From NCBI RefSeq assembly GCF_006345805.1, contig NC_042997.1, positions 205,282,001 to 205,346,000 of the forward strand: a DNA stretch of 64,000 bases. The letters run 5' to 3'. Positions 1 through 13,149 of this stretch are shown here, piece after piece; positions within the stretch are counted from its first letter, which is position 1; each line of letters begins with the position of its first letter. The notes under the pieces were generated by a model that saw nothing but the letters and a program-made list of their open reading frames with translations, ran no database searches and was not told the DNA's origin. Made by a program: the position numbers and the translations under genes. Source of the DNA: Octopus sinensis. Lineage: Eukaryota.

Positions 1-264
1 TAATTTGCCGAAAGCAAAACTGAGTTTCTGAATGCGTAGTGACACTTCATCATCAAGATTCGCTGATGTGTTTAATGTATATCATAATGTTTTACCCCAT
101 TCGTGACAGAGATACGCTCCGACATAAATACACGTTATGTTATTTTTGCATTATTTCAAATGGAATACCCACAAATCTTATTGATTGAAATCCCAATAAC
201 TGAACTATTATTAATTTATATTATTATATATTTTGTATATTTCTATATAAATATATATATATAA

Positions 265-2312
265 ACTAGCTGAAGGTGACCCGCTGTACGCGCGGGTAAG
301 AGTGTGGTTGTTACTTTCTGTTTTTCCTTTCAGCACGTAAAAAGCACCATCCGAACGTGGCCGATTGCAGCGCCGCCTTGACTAGCTTCTGTGCCGGTGG
401 CACGTAAAAAGCACCAACCGATCGTGGCCGCTGCCAGGCCCCCTGGCACCTGTGCCGGCGGCACGAAAAAAGCATCCCTCTCTACGCTCACAGAGTGGTT
501 GGCGTTAGGAAGGGCATCCACCTGTAGAAACACTGCCAGATCAGACTGGAGCCTGGTGAAGCCTCCTGGCTTCCCAGACCCCGTCAAACTGTCCAACCCG
601 TGCTAGCACGGAAAACGAACGGTAAACGATGATGATGATGATGATGATTCTCTCTCTTTGTTTCTCTCTCCTTTCTCTCTCACTTTCCCCACTCTCTTAC
701 TCTTCCTTTCTCTCGGACTCTCCCTCGCTTTCTCTTACTCTCTATCTTTATCTATCTCTCTCCCATTTATAAACAACAAAAGATCTTGAGTAAGTTGAGA
801 AATAAAATAATTAGAAAGATCAATCATAAATATCAGGCAGTAACAACAGAAAGGTCTGCTTCAAGGCAGACAGCAAAACACTAACATTTAAAAGGGACAG
901 ACGAACTTGCGAGCTGAATAAAAATAATAAAATATTGGAAACCAAAGTTTGAAGGGATAGAATGTGAGGATAGTAGAGTCACCATGGCTGGCATTTCTTA
1001 ACGACGGACAGCAACGTTTTGACAGTTTAACGGCTGGCGCAAAATTTGGAACTTGATGTAAAAGAAAATCCCTAAACACCAAGTTTTGAAGTGATTCTTT
1101 CTCACGACAGTAGACTCACCATGGCAAGCATTCAAAACTTCATCATGGACGGCAACACATTGACGATTGAAAGGCTGGCGCAAATTTTTTAGCTTAATGT
1201 AACAGAGAATTCCTAAACACCCGCTCCTTTAAATTTTAATCCCCTTCCAGCCCCATTTAGACCCCTTTTCACATTTTGGTTAATATAACCCGATTTGATT
1301 CGGGTCTACTGGGACCACATTTTATAAGAGGAGGAATTTTGTCCTAGAGGTCACACCTTTCATTCGAGGAAAAAAATAGTTGTCATGCAAACTTGCCAGC
1401 ACTTTTAATATAGGTCTGCATATTTTCAGCTCAACCGACCACATAATGCACAGATTATATATATATATATATGTATATATGTGTGTGTGTGTGAGTGTGT
1501 GTGTGTGTGTGTTGGAGTCTCTGTCATACGTGAGCGTTGACGCTGAATTCGACTGGTAAGCAGGTAACCTTGTCTTTGTTGAAATAGTTGTGAGCTGCTG
1601 GAGTTATTTCTCTGACGGGTAACAGGAATTTCCATATCCTCCGAGGAAACGAACTGTTGACCCAGACAATTAGAATTAATTTTAATAAAAGCATCAATTT
1701 AAGAAAAAATAATAAAGTAGTAAAAAATGAAAATTTAGCACGAAAAATTTGCAGGGTTCTAAATAAATGTTAAAATGTAATAGATACGAAAAACCTACGT
1801 TATCACCAGAACACGAACGCTCGTTGGCGTGTTCTGTTTGTATTTGCTCGATCGGCGTGTTGTGTTTGTATTTGCTCGATCGGCGCGTTGACAGGCAGAC
1901 AATAGAATGCGATGGCGAGATTAATAATATTTGTTGTCATGATTGTGTGTTGGTGGTGGCGATGGTAATTCTTTCTATGAATGCAGACAGATACATAAAA
2001 GAAGGCCGTTTGAGGAAGTGAAAGTAATGGGAATGTATGAAATAGAGTGAGTGAAAAAGTGCTGGAAAGAGAGGAAATAGCGAGAGTGAGTTGAGGAAGA
2101 CAGATACATTAAAGAACTGGAGTGGACTTGTCAAAGTGCGTTTTAGGCCCTAGCAACGACACCTTTTAAGATAGGGATTTCTAAGGTAGCCCACGGGCAT
2201 CGTCACCTCATTTTACATGTCCATGTAAATTTCGGGGTCAATCGGACGGGATGTAGTGGCCTTGAAAGCGATCCAAGCGGTAAAAACGCATTTCAGTTTT
2301 ATATATAGAGAT
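265..2312 (+). mobile_element. Non-autonomous Helitron/HINE (DINE-1-like) element with nested SINE, copy 1
   Basis: Starts ACTAGCTG just after a (TA)n tract, has a subterminal hairpin acccgc..gcgggt (279-297) and ends cagttttatatatagag. The same termini recur at 39353 and 54362. Confidence 0.5.
330..650 (-). mobile_element. SINE-like interspersed repeat with a (GAT)n end, nested in the HINE-like element (also 39418..39740 and 54425..54745)
   Basis: Three near-identical GC-rich copies with an internal gcacgtaaaaagcacc repeat. Strand is tentative. Confidence 0.55.
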
Positions 2313-2456
2313 ATATTATAATCATGACGCCACTGCACGATATGGTGATGTTGAATACACGGTATATATTCTCCAGATTAAAATGCATATAATGTTAAAG
2401 GGTGTGTACCTGGTCGATTTGGAAATTCGTTTTCTCACTTTATTCAAATATATACT

Positions 2457-2518
<62 letters not shown>

Positions 2519-2523
2519 GTATG

Positions 2524-2582
<59 letters not shown>

Positions 2583-3344
2583 GATCGTTAGCCACTACAC
2601 ATATTTTTTTCTCTCCTTGCTTTTTCTGTGTCCCTTTCTGTAGATGAGCGTAGGCTCGAAACGTACAAATCTTTTTCTATTCCTGACCGTTATACTAATA
2701 CATCTGTTTGTTTTGTACACCACCTGTCTTCGTCTTTTCTTGGCTTTTTTTCGTAAACTCTCCCCATATATATATATATATATATGTATGTATAAATAGA
2801 TATGTATATGTATAAAACACAGCAAGCGGAAAACCAACAAAAGCACAACATACGGAAAACTAGACGAAAACATAACAAATGGGAAACTGGACAAAATCAA
2901 GACACATGCATTAGTCACAGCTGATTTCCTCTTCCGTCAATGTCCGGGATGTCCTAGCATTTCGAGCTTTTTAACATTGCCTTTCGTCTAAAATTTTTAT
3001 AACTATTTATTTATTTTATATTCATACATTTATATTTTCATTTCAAATATCATATCACTTGATTCAGCAGTAATGTTAATTTTACTCTTTTGATTAAAAT
3101 TATATAATTCTTGAACTAGGAAACAACACATTCCATACAAGATCTGTCATTTCTTGTGCTCCAATAAATCTAAATAATCATCAAACCTGGAAATGTTAAA
3201 GATAGATAATTAGGGGTGTGGAAAATGCAAAATACAACTAAAATATCCGGACATTAATATTTATATTTAATACTAAAAAAAAAGCATAATGATTTACTTT
3301 CAGTTTTGGAGTAATGAACCTAAAACGAATCTTCATTAATGTAT

Positions 3345-3369
3345 GTATTCTATTTTCTTTTTATTACAG
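3345..3369 (+). promoter_or_regulatory. 3' splice acceptor (pyrimidine tract plus ACAG) 10 nt upstream of the copy 1 ATG
   Basis: tattttctttttattacag|atagctaaatATG; the same spacing occurs in all four full-length copies. Confidence 0.7.
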
Positions 3370-3379
3370 ATAGCTAAAT

Positions 3380-5586
3380 ATGGCTGCCATGCAGACGACA
3401 ACAACAGCAACCAGTTCTCTTATTGTTTCAGTCATTCTCATTATCACACTGACATCACTAAACATCGAAGCGAAGAAACTCGACAATGATTGCCAAATTA
3501 AAATCCCTCCCAATGTCAGTGAGATTTTATCTCGTTTAGTAAAATTGGAAAAAAAGGTTTTCAATTTTGAATTCCATTTATCAAACAAGACACTTGATGA
3601 CCTTCTTAATCCTGTACCATTGGATTATTTTGCAAACGCGAGACACTTTACCTGGATCCCAGATGAACCAGACGGTTTAATAGCATATAAAAATTTCTAC
3701 TATGATTTTTCAATTTACTCTTTGAATTTGTTAGATGTCTATATTGCTTATCCAAGAATTAATATCGATATAAAATGTAGAAAACAAAATATTCACAGAC
3801 GCGATATAATATATTTGATTTTCAAGGAATTGAAGAAACTCGTATTTATCGATAAATTGCAAATGGGAAAATCTGGATACATGTGTTTTTTTGTAAATTT
3901 GTCTCAAGACATGAAGAAGAACAGCCCTCACGCATATGAAGCTTGCAGAAGAATTGGTATAAATCGGGAGATAGTGAAGAACTATTGCTGTAAACTCTAT
4001 AAAAACGAAAGTAATCTTTATCATCCCAAATCTATTTGTTTAGGAAATAATATTGAAAATAGTATGTTTATCAATTATGAAAATATTGTTGGAACAGTTT
4101 TGTGGATATTTTTCCCATTGCTTATTAGTTTTGTTTCAAAAGCCAAATTACCTTCATATTACTATCGAAACACAATGCCATACGAATCAGAATGGATCAA
4201 TGGAAAACATAGTATTTACAGTTTCTCTCATTTTCTGTCTTGCTTATTTTGTTTCCATTATTCTTCTTTCTTTGCCTCAAGACTAAGAAGATTCTTTTGC
4301 ATTATGTTTTTTCCTTTAGTAATTCTCCTGGATCTTTTGATGTATTACTTCTTTTTATATGAAACAACAAAAATATTTATACAAGACCGCATACCATTAG
4401 GTTTTCGCGCCCTAATATTAGGAATTCCAGAAAGTTATGAAAATACAGGTGGCTTCCTCGGGGGTCCCTTTTTGTGGTTCATCGGCTATATATTTTTTAG
4501 CTTTATTCTCTTCGTTCTTCCCAGTCGTTTAAGTGAGACTCTCGCATATAATGCATTACATCAAAGATCCACTTGCACGTTTCTCATTCAAAATAAGAGA
4601 TTATTAGAGAAGTATGGCAGCTTAAATATTTCTACAGAACAGGATTATGATCTACTCTATGCAATAATGAAAGCTAATATTTCTACTGCTTTAAACCCAA
4701 ATTTCTGGCATTCAATAGTTTATACTCGGATTAACCGTATAAAGAAAATTTGGTTATATTACTACAACAGAAATATTTTCTGGAAATTCCTATTGCTTTG
4801 GTTTTTTATTGCGATCACAATTTTATTTGCTATATTTTCCTCCTGTGAATTATTTCTGTGCCTCGTTTATTACGGAATCCCAATTGTTTACTGGCTTTTA
4901 ACTTTACCATTAAGTTATTCCAAAGTTTATATTTTCCCACTCTATCTGAGTCCCAATTATATTTTCAAGATAGTTGCTGTACCTTTAACATTTCTATCGT
5001 TGCCATTTTATATATCATGGGCGATTTGTTCAATCTACGTATTTCTTGTAAGTTTTCAAATCTTAGCAACTACATATTCACCATAGCTATCGTAGTACTT
5101 GCTAAACCCGATTGTGTAGGTTACATATGGTTTCTTGCCATGTTTTTCGTTTATGGCATTGCAATTGTGAACGCCTTTCTAAAGCAGTATCAGTCAATAA
5201 TATTTCAGTCTATAAAATTCACTAAAATGTTCCGTCCAAATTTAGTTCAGGAAAAATACGGAGAGGAATTCATAAATGCTAAATTGCTCAAGACAATTGT
5301 TAACCATCATTTTCCTTTGAGATACGAGATTGGTAAATCCATTGTGAAACTGTTTCTAATCGTATCTTTCTTCTTTGCTTGCAACAATATAATAAATCGA
5401 AATGATCTCGACTTATCAGTTTTCACAAAGATTACTTTGATATTGATGACTTCTATGATACCTAAATTATTGTCAATAATTAATATTAAATTTGATTTTG
5501 CCATTTCACTCTCAGACAAACTTATTGATACAATTAATATATTTGAAGAAGAGAATGCGCCACAGACCAGTGTGTTAATTTACTAA
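3380..5586 (+). pseudogene. Orphan multi-pass membrane family, copy 1: full length, split by a 1-bp deletion near 5065 (pseudogene or sequencing error)
   Basis: ORFs 3380..5086 and 4858..5586 together match the intact 735-aa ORF at 43520..45727. This copy reads caaatcttagcaac where the twin reads caaatcttaagcaac. Confidence 0.85.
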
Positions 5587-5889
5587 TATTTGTGGTAAAA
5601 TAAAACTGTTTAAACCTTTTGAGTAATTTGTTCGAATTATTTAATCACATTGTATAATTTTAATAATAGTGATCTGCATTAGTCTATACGAAAAACGGAT
5701 ATAAATACCTATAAAGAATCACACAGGCTCGACCATATCGGTGGCGAAGCTCATCGCTGAATCCCTATTTGTGGATAAATTTGCACCTAATGGTACACAA
5801 GGGAAATCACGTGCAGATCGTGGTCGTTCGCTTTGTAGAAAAATCAAGGCTTTTTAGACTGACCAACAACCTTGGGAAAACGGAGGTTC

Positions 5890-6510
5890 TAGCCCAAGCA
5901 GCCCCGAACACTATTTTATCCTAGCCAAGCATCACCATTGGGGGAGTTCAGCTGAAGTGTGTGGAGAATTATGAGTACCTTGGCAGTACAATCTCCCCCG
6001 ATGGATCACTTGACATAGAAATCTCACCCAAAATCCACAAGGCCAGCCAGGTATTTAGCAGACTGAAAGTGAATGAAAGTACTCAGCAGAAAGGCATCAG
6101 ACTGTCAACAAAGTCTAAGGTCTCCGAGGTTGTAGTTGTCTCTAAACTGCTCTTTCGGTGAGAAGCATAGAACCCACGCCGCCGGCACGTCAAACAGCCA
6201 GGACATTTTCGCACAAGGGCACTACGCAGGACCATAGGCATTCGCTGATAGGTCAGGATGGCAAACCACGAAGTGCTGCAAGGAACTCGCTCATGAAGCT
6301 TTGAGTCCATACTACTGAAGGCACAGCGACGCTGCACTGGCCATGTTATCAGATTAATTGCTTCGGTTGAGATTAAATAATATAAATTGTCCTATTGTAA
6401 AAAAAATAAATGTATATGGCGAGCTCACGTACAGTTCACACAAACAAAGAAGGCCTTAACTGAAGTATAAGGACACTCTGAAAAGCAAGCACAAACGGAG
6501 CAGCATTAGT
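5890..6510 (+). mobile_element. Degraded RTE-clade LINE fragment (duplicate at about 46020..46640)
   Basis: YEYLGSTISPDGSLDIEISPKIHKASQVFSRLKV followed by stops and frameshifts; resembles the RTE RT C-terminal region. Confidence 0.75.
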
Positions 6511-6664
6511 CCACGCGAATTTGAAGTCTCTGCCTTATACAACTCAGCGTGGCATCTCTCAACTCACGAGCAGCAGCTGTCTTCAAGCTATACATATATA
6601 CATACATACATACACACAGACATATATATGCATATATACATACATATATACATACATACATACA

Positions 6665-6706
<42 letters not shown>

Positions 6707-6998
6707 ACCTTGATCACCTTGACTGACCAGTCCGTCAGGCGTCCATTTGACACTGCTGGTCACAGCACACTGTCCACCCCTCTCTGGATCGCGCCTTTCT
6801 CATCCACGTGATCCCAATCGTCCTCCTGAAATCGTAACTCCACCGTCGTGGAGGTCTTCCGGGTGGTATTTTCCGCTCGCGCGGGTACCATAGAACAGGC
6901 ACACACATATTTTATATATATATATATATAATATATATATAATATATATATGCAAATGCGCATATATGTTATTTTGAAATGTATATGTATTTATATAT

Positions 6999-7047
<49 letters not shown>

Positions 7048-7089
7048 AATATGTGTGTGTGTGGAACAAAAAAGTGAGTAGAGTTGAAG

Positions 7090-7410
7090 AAATGAACATG
7101 AGTGGAAGTGAGGCCTCCATCGGGTGTTATTTTTGTTCAGGAAGAAAAACCCGACGCGTCGGACAGGTAGAAAGATAAACTTGCCCGCAGTCACAGTAGT
7201 TCGGTATGTCGCTGGAATCCTGAAGTGAGCAGAGGAGGAGCTAAAGGAGATGGACAGGAAGTCAAGAAAGCTCCTGACGATGCATGGAGCCCGTCATCAA
7301 CGTGCAGACACTGATCGCCTATACACGAAGAGAACGAATGAAGGAAGGGGGCGGATAGTTATGGGAGACTGCATGCGTATCGAACCCGAGAGCTTAATTA
7401 AATTCATACA
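7090..7410 (+). mobile_element. R4-clade LINE fragment
   Basis: MDRKSRKLLTMHGARHQRADTDRLYTKRTNEGRG parallels IDRKIRKLLSCNRMHHPKADVDRLYLPRAQGGRG in the intact element at 29081. Confidence 0.75.
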
Positions 7411-7803
7411 TTGTCATTTTCATCAGTGTGAAGAAATTTTTAAGGACATCAAAAAGGTTTAATAAAATAAAGTAAATTAAAATAAGATACAATAAGTGAG
7501 AATACAAGTGGGGTAATAAGGAAAAAGTCGGATATTTGCAAGCAATTTTTTAAAAGGAGAAATATCAGTAATAATAAAAGTAAGAGAGACGAAAGGGAAA
7601 AGCGACAGACATATCAATGTGTATGCACATCTATATGTGTGATAAACTATAGCATAAAAATGAGAATGAAAAGCATGTCCTTTGAAACGCGCGTATGTAC
7701 TGAATCCTATTTTGTATTAAATCTAATTTTGATTCAACATCTTTTTCTCCTCCATTTTTCTATAATTGTTTATGGTATCTTTGTACCTATAACGATATTT
7801 TTC

Positions 7804-7862
<59 letters not shown>

Positions 7863-8694
7863 ACAAGATTCTAATGCCAGATATGCCAAATTGTCGATAA
7901 CCATTATAATTTATGCGTCTCGAAGCAAACCGATAGAAATCTCTAAAAAATTCGTTATTACCGTGTTGGTCCAATTTCGGGGTTAATTCATAAGAAATTT
8001 TCCCCTCTTCAGCGGCAATCACTTTTATTACTGCTTCGCTGGTTTAGGATATTTACCCAGACCGAAAGTAAACAGCGTGACGACTTCCCTGTCAATTAAG
8101 CTGTAAGTTTTAATTTATGCATAAATTATGGCTGACAACTTTTCTATTTCTGCCTGTCTTTCTCTCTCTCTCTCCCTGTCCCCCTCTCTCCAGAAATCAG
8201 TGTTATTAGGGACAGCTAAGATACTTAGGAAAGTTCTCGGCATCTAAGCATATTAGGATTTTTTCCTTCTTTTCTTTTTCCTCCAGGCTGATCTTCTGCA
8301 AAAATCCAGGTAGATCTCGCGACCGACAATATATCCTTATGATCGGGAGCCGAATAAACTGACCACTAAGCCAAGCGCTTTCACACACACACGCGCGCAC
8401 AAACATACGCACATACACACATAAACACACACAAACACACACAAACACACACAAACACACACACACGCACGCACAAACACACACATACACAAACATAGTT
8501 TCGTAGATATTATAAATTTTAATATTGTGTATATATATATATCACACACGCACGCACATATGCACACACACACACACACTCATACACACAAACAAATATA
8601 TTTTCGATGATATGTTTTTTTTTTTAGTTTCAGGTCAGAGCTGCGGCCATGCTGATGCGCCGCCGTTAAAATTATTAATTTTAATAATATAGTT

Positions 8695-8744
<50 letters not shown>

Positions 8745-8746
<2 letters not shown>

Positions 8747-8908
8747 CGCAGGAGAGGCTGTGTGGTAAGTAGGTTGCTTATCAACCACATGGTTCTAGGT
8801 TCAGTCCTACTACGTGGCATCTTGAGCAAGTGTCTTCCACTATAGCCTCGGACTGACCAAAGCCTTGTGAGTGGATTTGGTAGATGGAAACTGAAAGAAT
8901 CCTTCGCA
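8745..8908 (+). mobile_element. tRNA-derived SINE (partial)
   Basis: ggcgcaggag.ggctgtgtggtaag head with a ggttcagtcc B-box-like motif; related copies at 10181, 37928 (-) and 59815. Confidence 0.75.
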
Positions 8909-8919
8909 TATATACATAC

Positions 8920-8995
<76 letters not shown>

Positions 8996-10180
8996 CAACA
9001 ATTGAGGAACGGCCTCAATAGGCCATTCGACCCACTAGAAAGAGCAGCCAGGACTCAAACCACCAAGTAGTAGTAATTCAGAAATTAAAGGAAAATTTAA
9101 AAACATTTACCCTATTTATCTTTAGACAATGCATTGTTTCGACGTTTTTAATGGCAAACCAGCCTAATTAAATTAAATTAAACTTAATCAAGTCAATCTA
9201 CCAATGGCTCGTCTCATCGGTAAAGAAGCTGGTGGCGAAATAATTTCTATTGAATTTTTTGCTACCCTATATTGATTATATATATATATATATATATATA
9301 TCTGAGAGTTAGAGGTTGTGAAGCCAACCAATAAGGGATAGTGCCTTTTAGTCACCATCTGGTTCCTTACTCTCATTAGTACGCTTATATTTCAAATTTT
9401 CCCATGGTGGGTTCACCATCATAGGCTGCTTATGCCATTCTTTCCGCAAATTCGAACCTACTAGCTGGCACTTTACATATGAACTTTCACCTCTGTAACA
9501 CGGACCGTTCCTTCAAATCCACCACTTTATTTCTATGTAAACATAATGTGAATTTCTATGCAAACATAATGCGAACTAATGCCTAAATTCGCCCTTCCTA
9601 AAAACTCCTCCCAAGAACGACTATACTCATCTATCCACCATTGGATGGAATAACATGGATCCTGGATTACACCAAGGGAAGTTCGTAGCTTATTTCCCCT
9701 TTCTGTACCTAATTCATTTCAATAAGTTGTCCTTCTCTCACAGTCTCATGTTTGCTCCTATTGTTTTTCTGCTCTTTTCTATAATGACAAATACACTGCA
9801 CCTATTGTTAATTGTTAATTATATGTATTAGCCCTCCTAACCACTTAGACCCTCTGAAAAAGCCTAGAGGCACATTCATGATCCAAAACTTATCTACCCA
9901 TCCCTACAGAACACTGAAGAGATGGAGATGGCATGAAGGATTTCGTTGCTTCTTAGCAGAAACGGCCGTAAGGAACTGATCTTTTGCTCTTTCCTGTAAT
10001 ATTAATACATGTGTGTGTAACACATGGTTACTACATGTGTATGTTTTCTTCTAATACTTTCTAATGCTTTGAAATAAATAGACACACTGGAATGTCTACC
10101 GGATGATGCTTGCCGTTTGGTATCCACTCCATTTTCTTATTTGCTATATGTATGTATATATATATATATATATATATATA

Positions 10181-10341
10181 GGCGCAGGAGGGGCTGTTTC
10201 GTAAGAACCTTGCTTACCAACCACATAACTCTGGGTTCAGTCCTACTACGTGGCACCTTGGGCAAGTGTCTCCCACTGTAGCCTCGGATCGACCAAAGGC
10301 CTGAGAGTGGATTTGGTAGATGGAAACTGAAAGAATCCCGT

Positions 10342-10379
<38 letters not shown>

Positions 10380-10990
10380 TTTGTTGTTTGCGTCAGTATT
10401 TGTCCCCCGTCCCCCTTCGCTTGACAACCGTTGCTGGTGTATTTATGTCCCCGACACTTAGCAGTTCGGCGAAAATATTGGGATAGAATAAGTACCAGGC
10501 GTGCAAAGAATAAGTCTTGTATCGATTTATTCGATTAAAACTGGTGATCCAGCATTGCCGCAATCAGATCAGTGAAACAAGTAAAAGAGTAAAATAGTAA
10601 AAGAATATATATATATGTATATATATGGTGCGCACACACACACATACACACGCGCGCGGGCGCGCAAAAACACACGTGAACACACACACATATTTTCCTA
10701 GTTATTAGTGTCTTCCACTATAGCCTCGGGCTGACCAACGCCTTGTGAGTGGATTTGGTAGAGCGAAACTGAGAGAAGCCTGTCGTTTATGTGTGTGTGT
10801 GTGTTTGAGCGTGTGTGCCTGTGTGTCGGGAGTTATACCCCCACCATCGCTTGACAACCGACGTTGGTGTGTTTATGTCTCCGTAACCTAGCGGTTCTGT
10901 AAAAGATATCGATAGAATAAGTACCAGGCTTACAAAGAATAAGTTTTGGAGTGTTCGACTAAGGGCCGTGCCGCAGCATGGCCGCAATCA
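10181..10990 (+). mobile_element. Two adjacent copies of the same SINE family (10181..10610 and about 10700..10990)
   Basis: Shared head, body and tail (gatagaataagtaccaggc..) with the copies at 8745 and 59815. Confidence 0.75.
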
Positions 10991-11270
10991 ATTATCTCAA
11001 ACATATAAAAGAATAAAAGAATATATACACGTGTATATATATATATATATATATGCATGCATATGTTTGTAATATGTGTGTGTGTGTATGAGTTACTGCA
11101 ATTAAAACAATGGCTGGTTTTTTGGTGTGACCTGAAATAAAGATAAGATTGTGCATTGTTTGTTGTTACATATATCTATCTATGTATATATACATACACA
11201 TACATACATATATGTGTGTATTATATGTATATATATATATACATATATACACATATATATATGTATATAT

Positions 11271-11316
<46 letters not shown>

Positions 11317-11584
11317 ATATAATATATATATATATATTATATATATATATGTATATATGTATATATGTCTGCATTATCCGTTTCTAGGTTTTTCATTTTT
11401 CAGATGTTCTTCCTAGAGGTAAGACAATTTTTTCATGTTTGTTGCACACACGCATCTTTACCAGTACATACGCAGTGAAGCTATACATTAGCGTCGTATT
11501 TATTGCGTTCGCTATTTTCCAGTAAATATCGGTGCTTCGTTGTGCCATTTATTTACTTTATATATATATATATATGTGTGTGTG

Positions 11585-11648
<64 letters not shown>

Positions 11649-11933
11649 CGAGGGTACTGCATGAGTACCTGCATCGCTGAAAATAGAAGTCAAATGTACG
11701 TCTCTGCCAGACCCTGAATGAGGAGAAACAGGCACTTTTGTGTGCTAATTTCGAAACCCTGGTGTCAGATTGACTAGAATTACTCGTGCTGATCTAGCAG
11801 AGCTAAGACCATTATATTGTTCACAGGATTTTTTTCCTGCCATGCGTATATTAGATTTGTGACTGTTCCGTGGCCGAGAAGTATTTTTGACCTCTATTTT
11901 TAGCGATGCACTTATTTATGTACCACCCTTGCG
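11649..11933. mobile_element. Mariner-type MITE with ~45-bp imperfect TIRs and TA flanks
   Basis: The left end ta|cgagggtactgcatgagtacctgcatcgctgaaaatagaagtcaaa is the inverted match of tttgacctctatttttagcgatgca..accctt gcg|ta. Confidence 0.7.
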
Positions 11934-12147
11934 TATATATACATGTAAGTACATATTTTATATTGTATGTATATATTCTATTAATTTGCCTGTACAGCTG
12001 ATATTCGCTTACTACTACTGATGGCATTTTAGTAGTACAATCGCTCTTATATTTACTTATAGATAGTTTCACGTATTTCTTTTGTTTAAATAATTTTTTA
12101 GGGATGGTGGGGAAAATTTTAGTATTAGTTCGTCGACTGATTGTGAC

Positions 12148-12361
12148 TGAGGAGAAACAGGCACCATTTTGGTACTAATTTGAAAACCATGGCATCAGAT
12201 TGACCAGCTTTACTTGTGCTCACCTAGCAGAGGTAAGACGATTTTACTGTTCACTGGAATGTTTTCCTACCATGCCTGTATTAGATTTGTGACAGATCCG
12301 TGGCAGAAAAATATTTTTGACTTCTGTTTTTAGCGATGCAGCTACTCATGTAGTACCCTCG
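12148..12361. mobile_element. Second, left-truncated copy of the same MITE
   Basis: Body matches 11720-11930; the right TIR ..gcagctactcatgtagtaccctcg is complementary to the first copy's left TIR. Confidence 0.7.
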
Positions 12362-12371
12362 TTTATACACG

Positions 12372-12449
<78 letters not shown>

Positions 12450-12692
12450 GAGTTATGGAGTAAACCCTGTGTTTTTATTCGGACACCCGTCAAACCTGGT
12501 CGCCTACCGTGAAATATAAAAACAACTTCTTCAGCTTATCTTACTTCGATACGAGAAAAATCCACAAACTTCCGTCTCAATAAAGCGCTGTCTCTAAAAG
12601 ATTTTTTTTGTAATATTGACTACGGATTGCTTGAAGATAACTTTATTCTTAGACCTCGGTCACTGGATCTTAGATTTATATATATCTGGCGG

Positions 12693-13075
12693 TGGGGGCG
12701 CAATGGCTCAGTGGTTAGGAGAGCGGACTCGCGGTCATGGGATCGCGGTTTCGATAGCCAGACCCGGCGTTGTTAGTGTTTATTGAGAAAAAACACCTAC
12801 AAAGTCTTCGATGCTCCGGTAGGGGCTGGTACCGCACCTTGCTGTACTCTTTCACCGCTACTTTCTCTCACACTTTCTTCCTGTTTCTCTTGTACCTATA
12901 TTTCAAAGGGGCAGACTTGTCACACCCTGTGTCACGCTGAATCTCCCTGAGAACTACGTTAAGGGTAGAAGTGTCTGTGGAGTACTCAACCACTTGCACG
13001 TTAGTTTCACAAGCAGGCTGTTCCGTTGATCGGATCAACTGGAACCCTTGTTGTCGTAACCGACGGAGTGCCACG
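12693..13075 (+). mobile_element. tRNA-derived SINE, second family (sister copy at 49915..50275)
   Basis: ggggcgcaatggctcagtggttagg A-box and ggtttcgat B-box-like motifs, followed by a ~300-bp body shared with 49915. Confidence 0.75.
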
Positions 13076-13149
13076 ATATATATCTGTCAAGTTACCAGAA
13101 GTACTTGCTGCTTCGGGCAGACTTCGGGACTACATTAAGGGGTCAAAAG

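Larger units (their letters stand above)
1..7410 (+). repeat. Segmental duplication, unit A (left end lies outside the window)
   Basis: Position 1 aligns with 39089 (offset 39088). Near-identity runs through the HINE-like element, the gene, the RTE relic and an R4 fragment to gagagcttaat at about 7400. Confidence 0.95.

Noticed and set aside
330-606. Repeated 71-88 aa ORFs (also at 39418 and 54428)
   Set aside because: They lie inside a SINE-like repeat; their conservation reflects repeat copies, not a gene.
5050-5090. Programmed ribosomal frameshift in copy 1
   Set aside because: No slippery heptamer or stimulatory structure is evident, and the twin has the extra base, so a simple deletion or error explains it.
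12693-12775. tRNA genes at SINE heads (also 8745, 10181, 34510, 59815)
   Set aside because: A/B-box-like motifs are present but there is no complete cloverleaf, and each continues into a repeat body.
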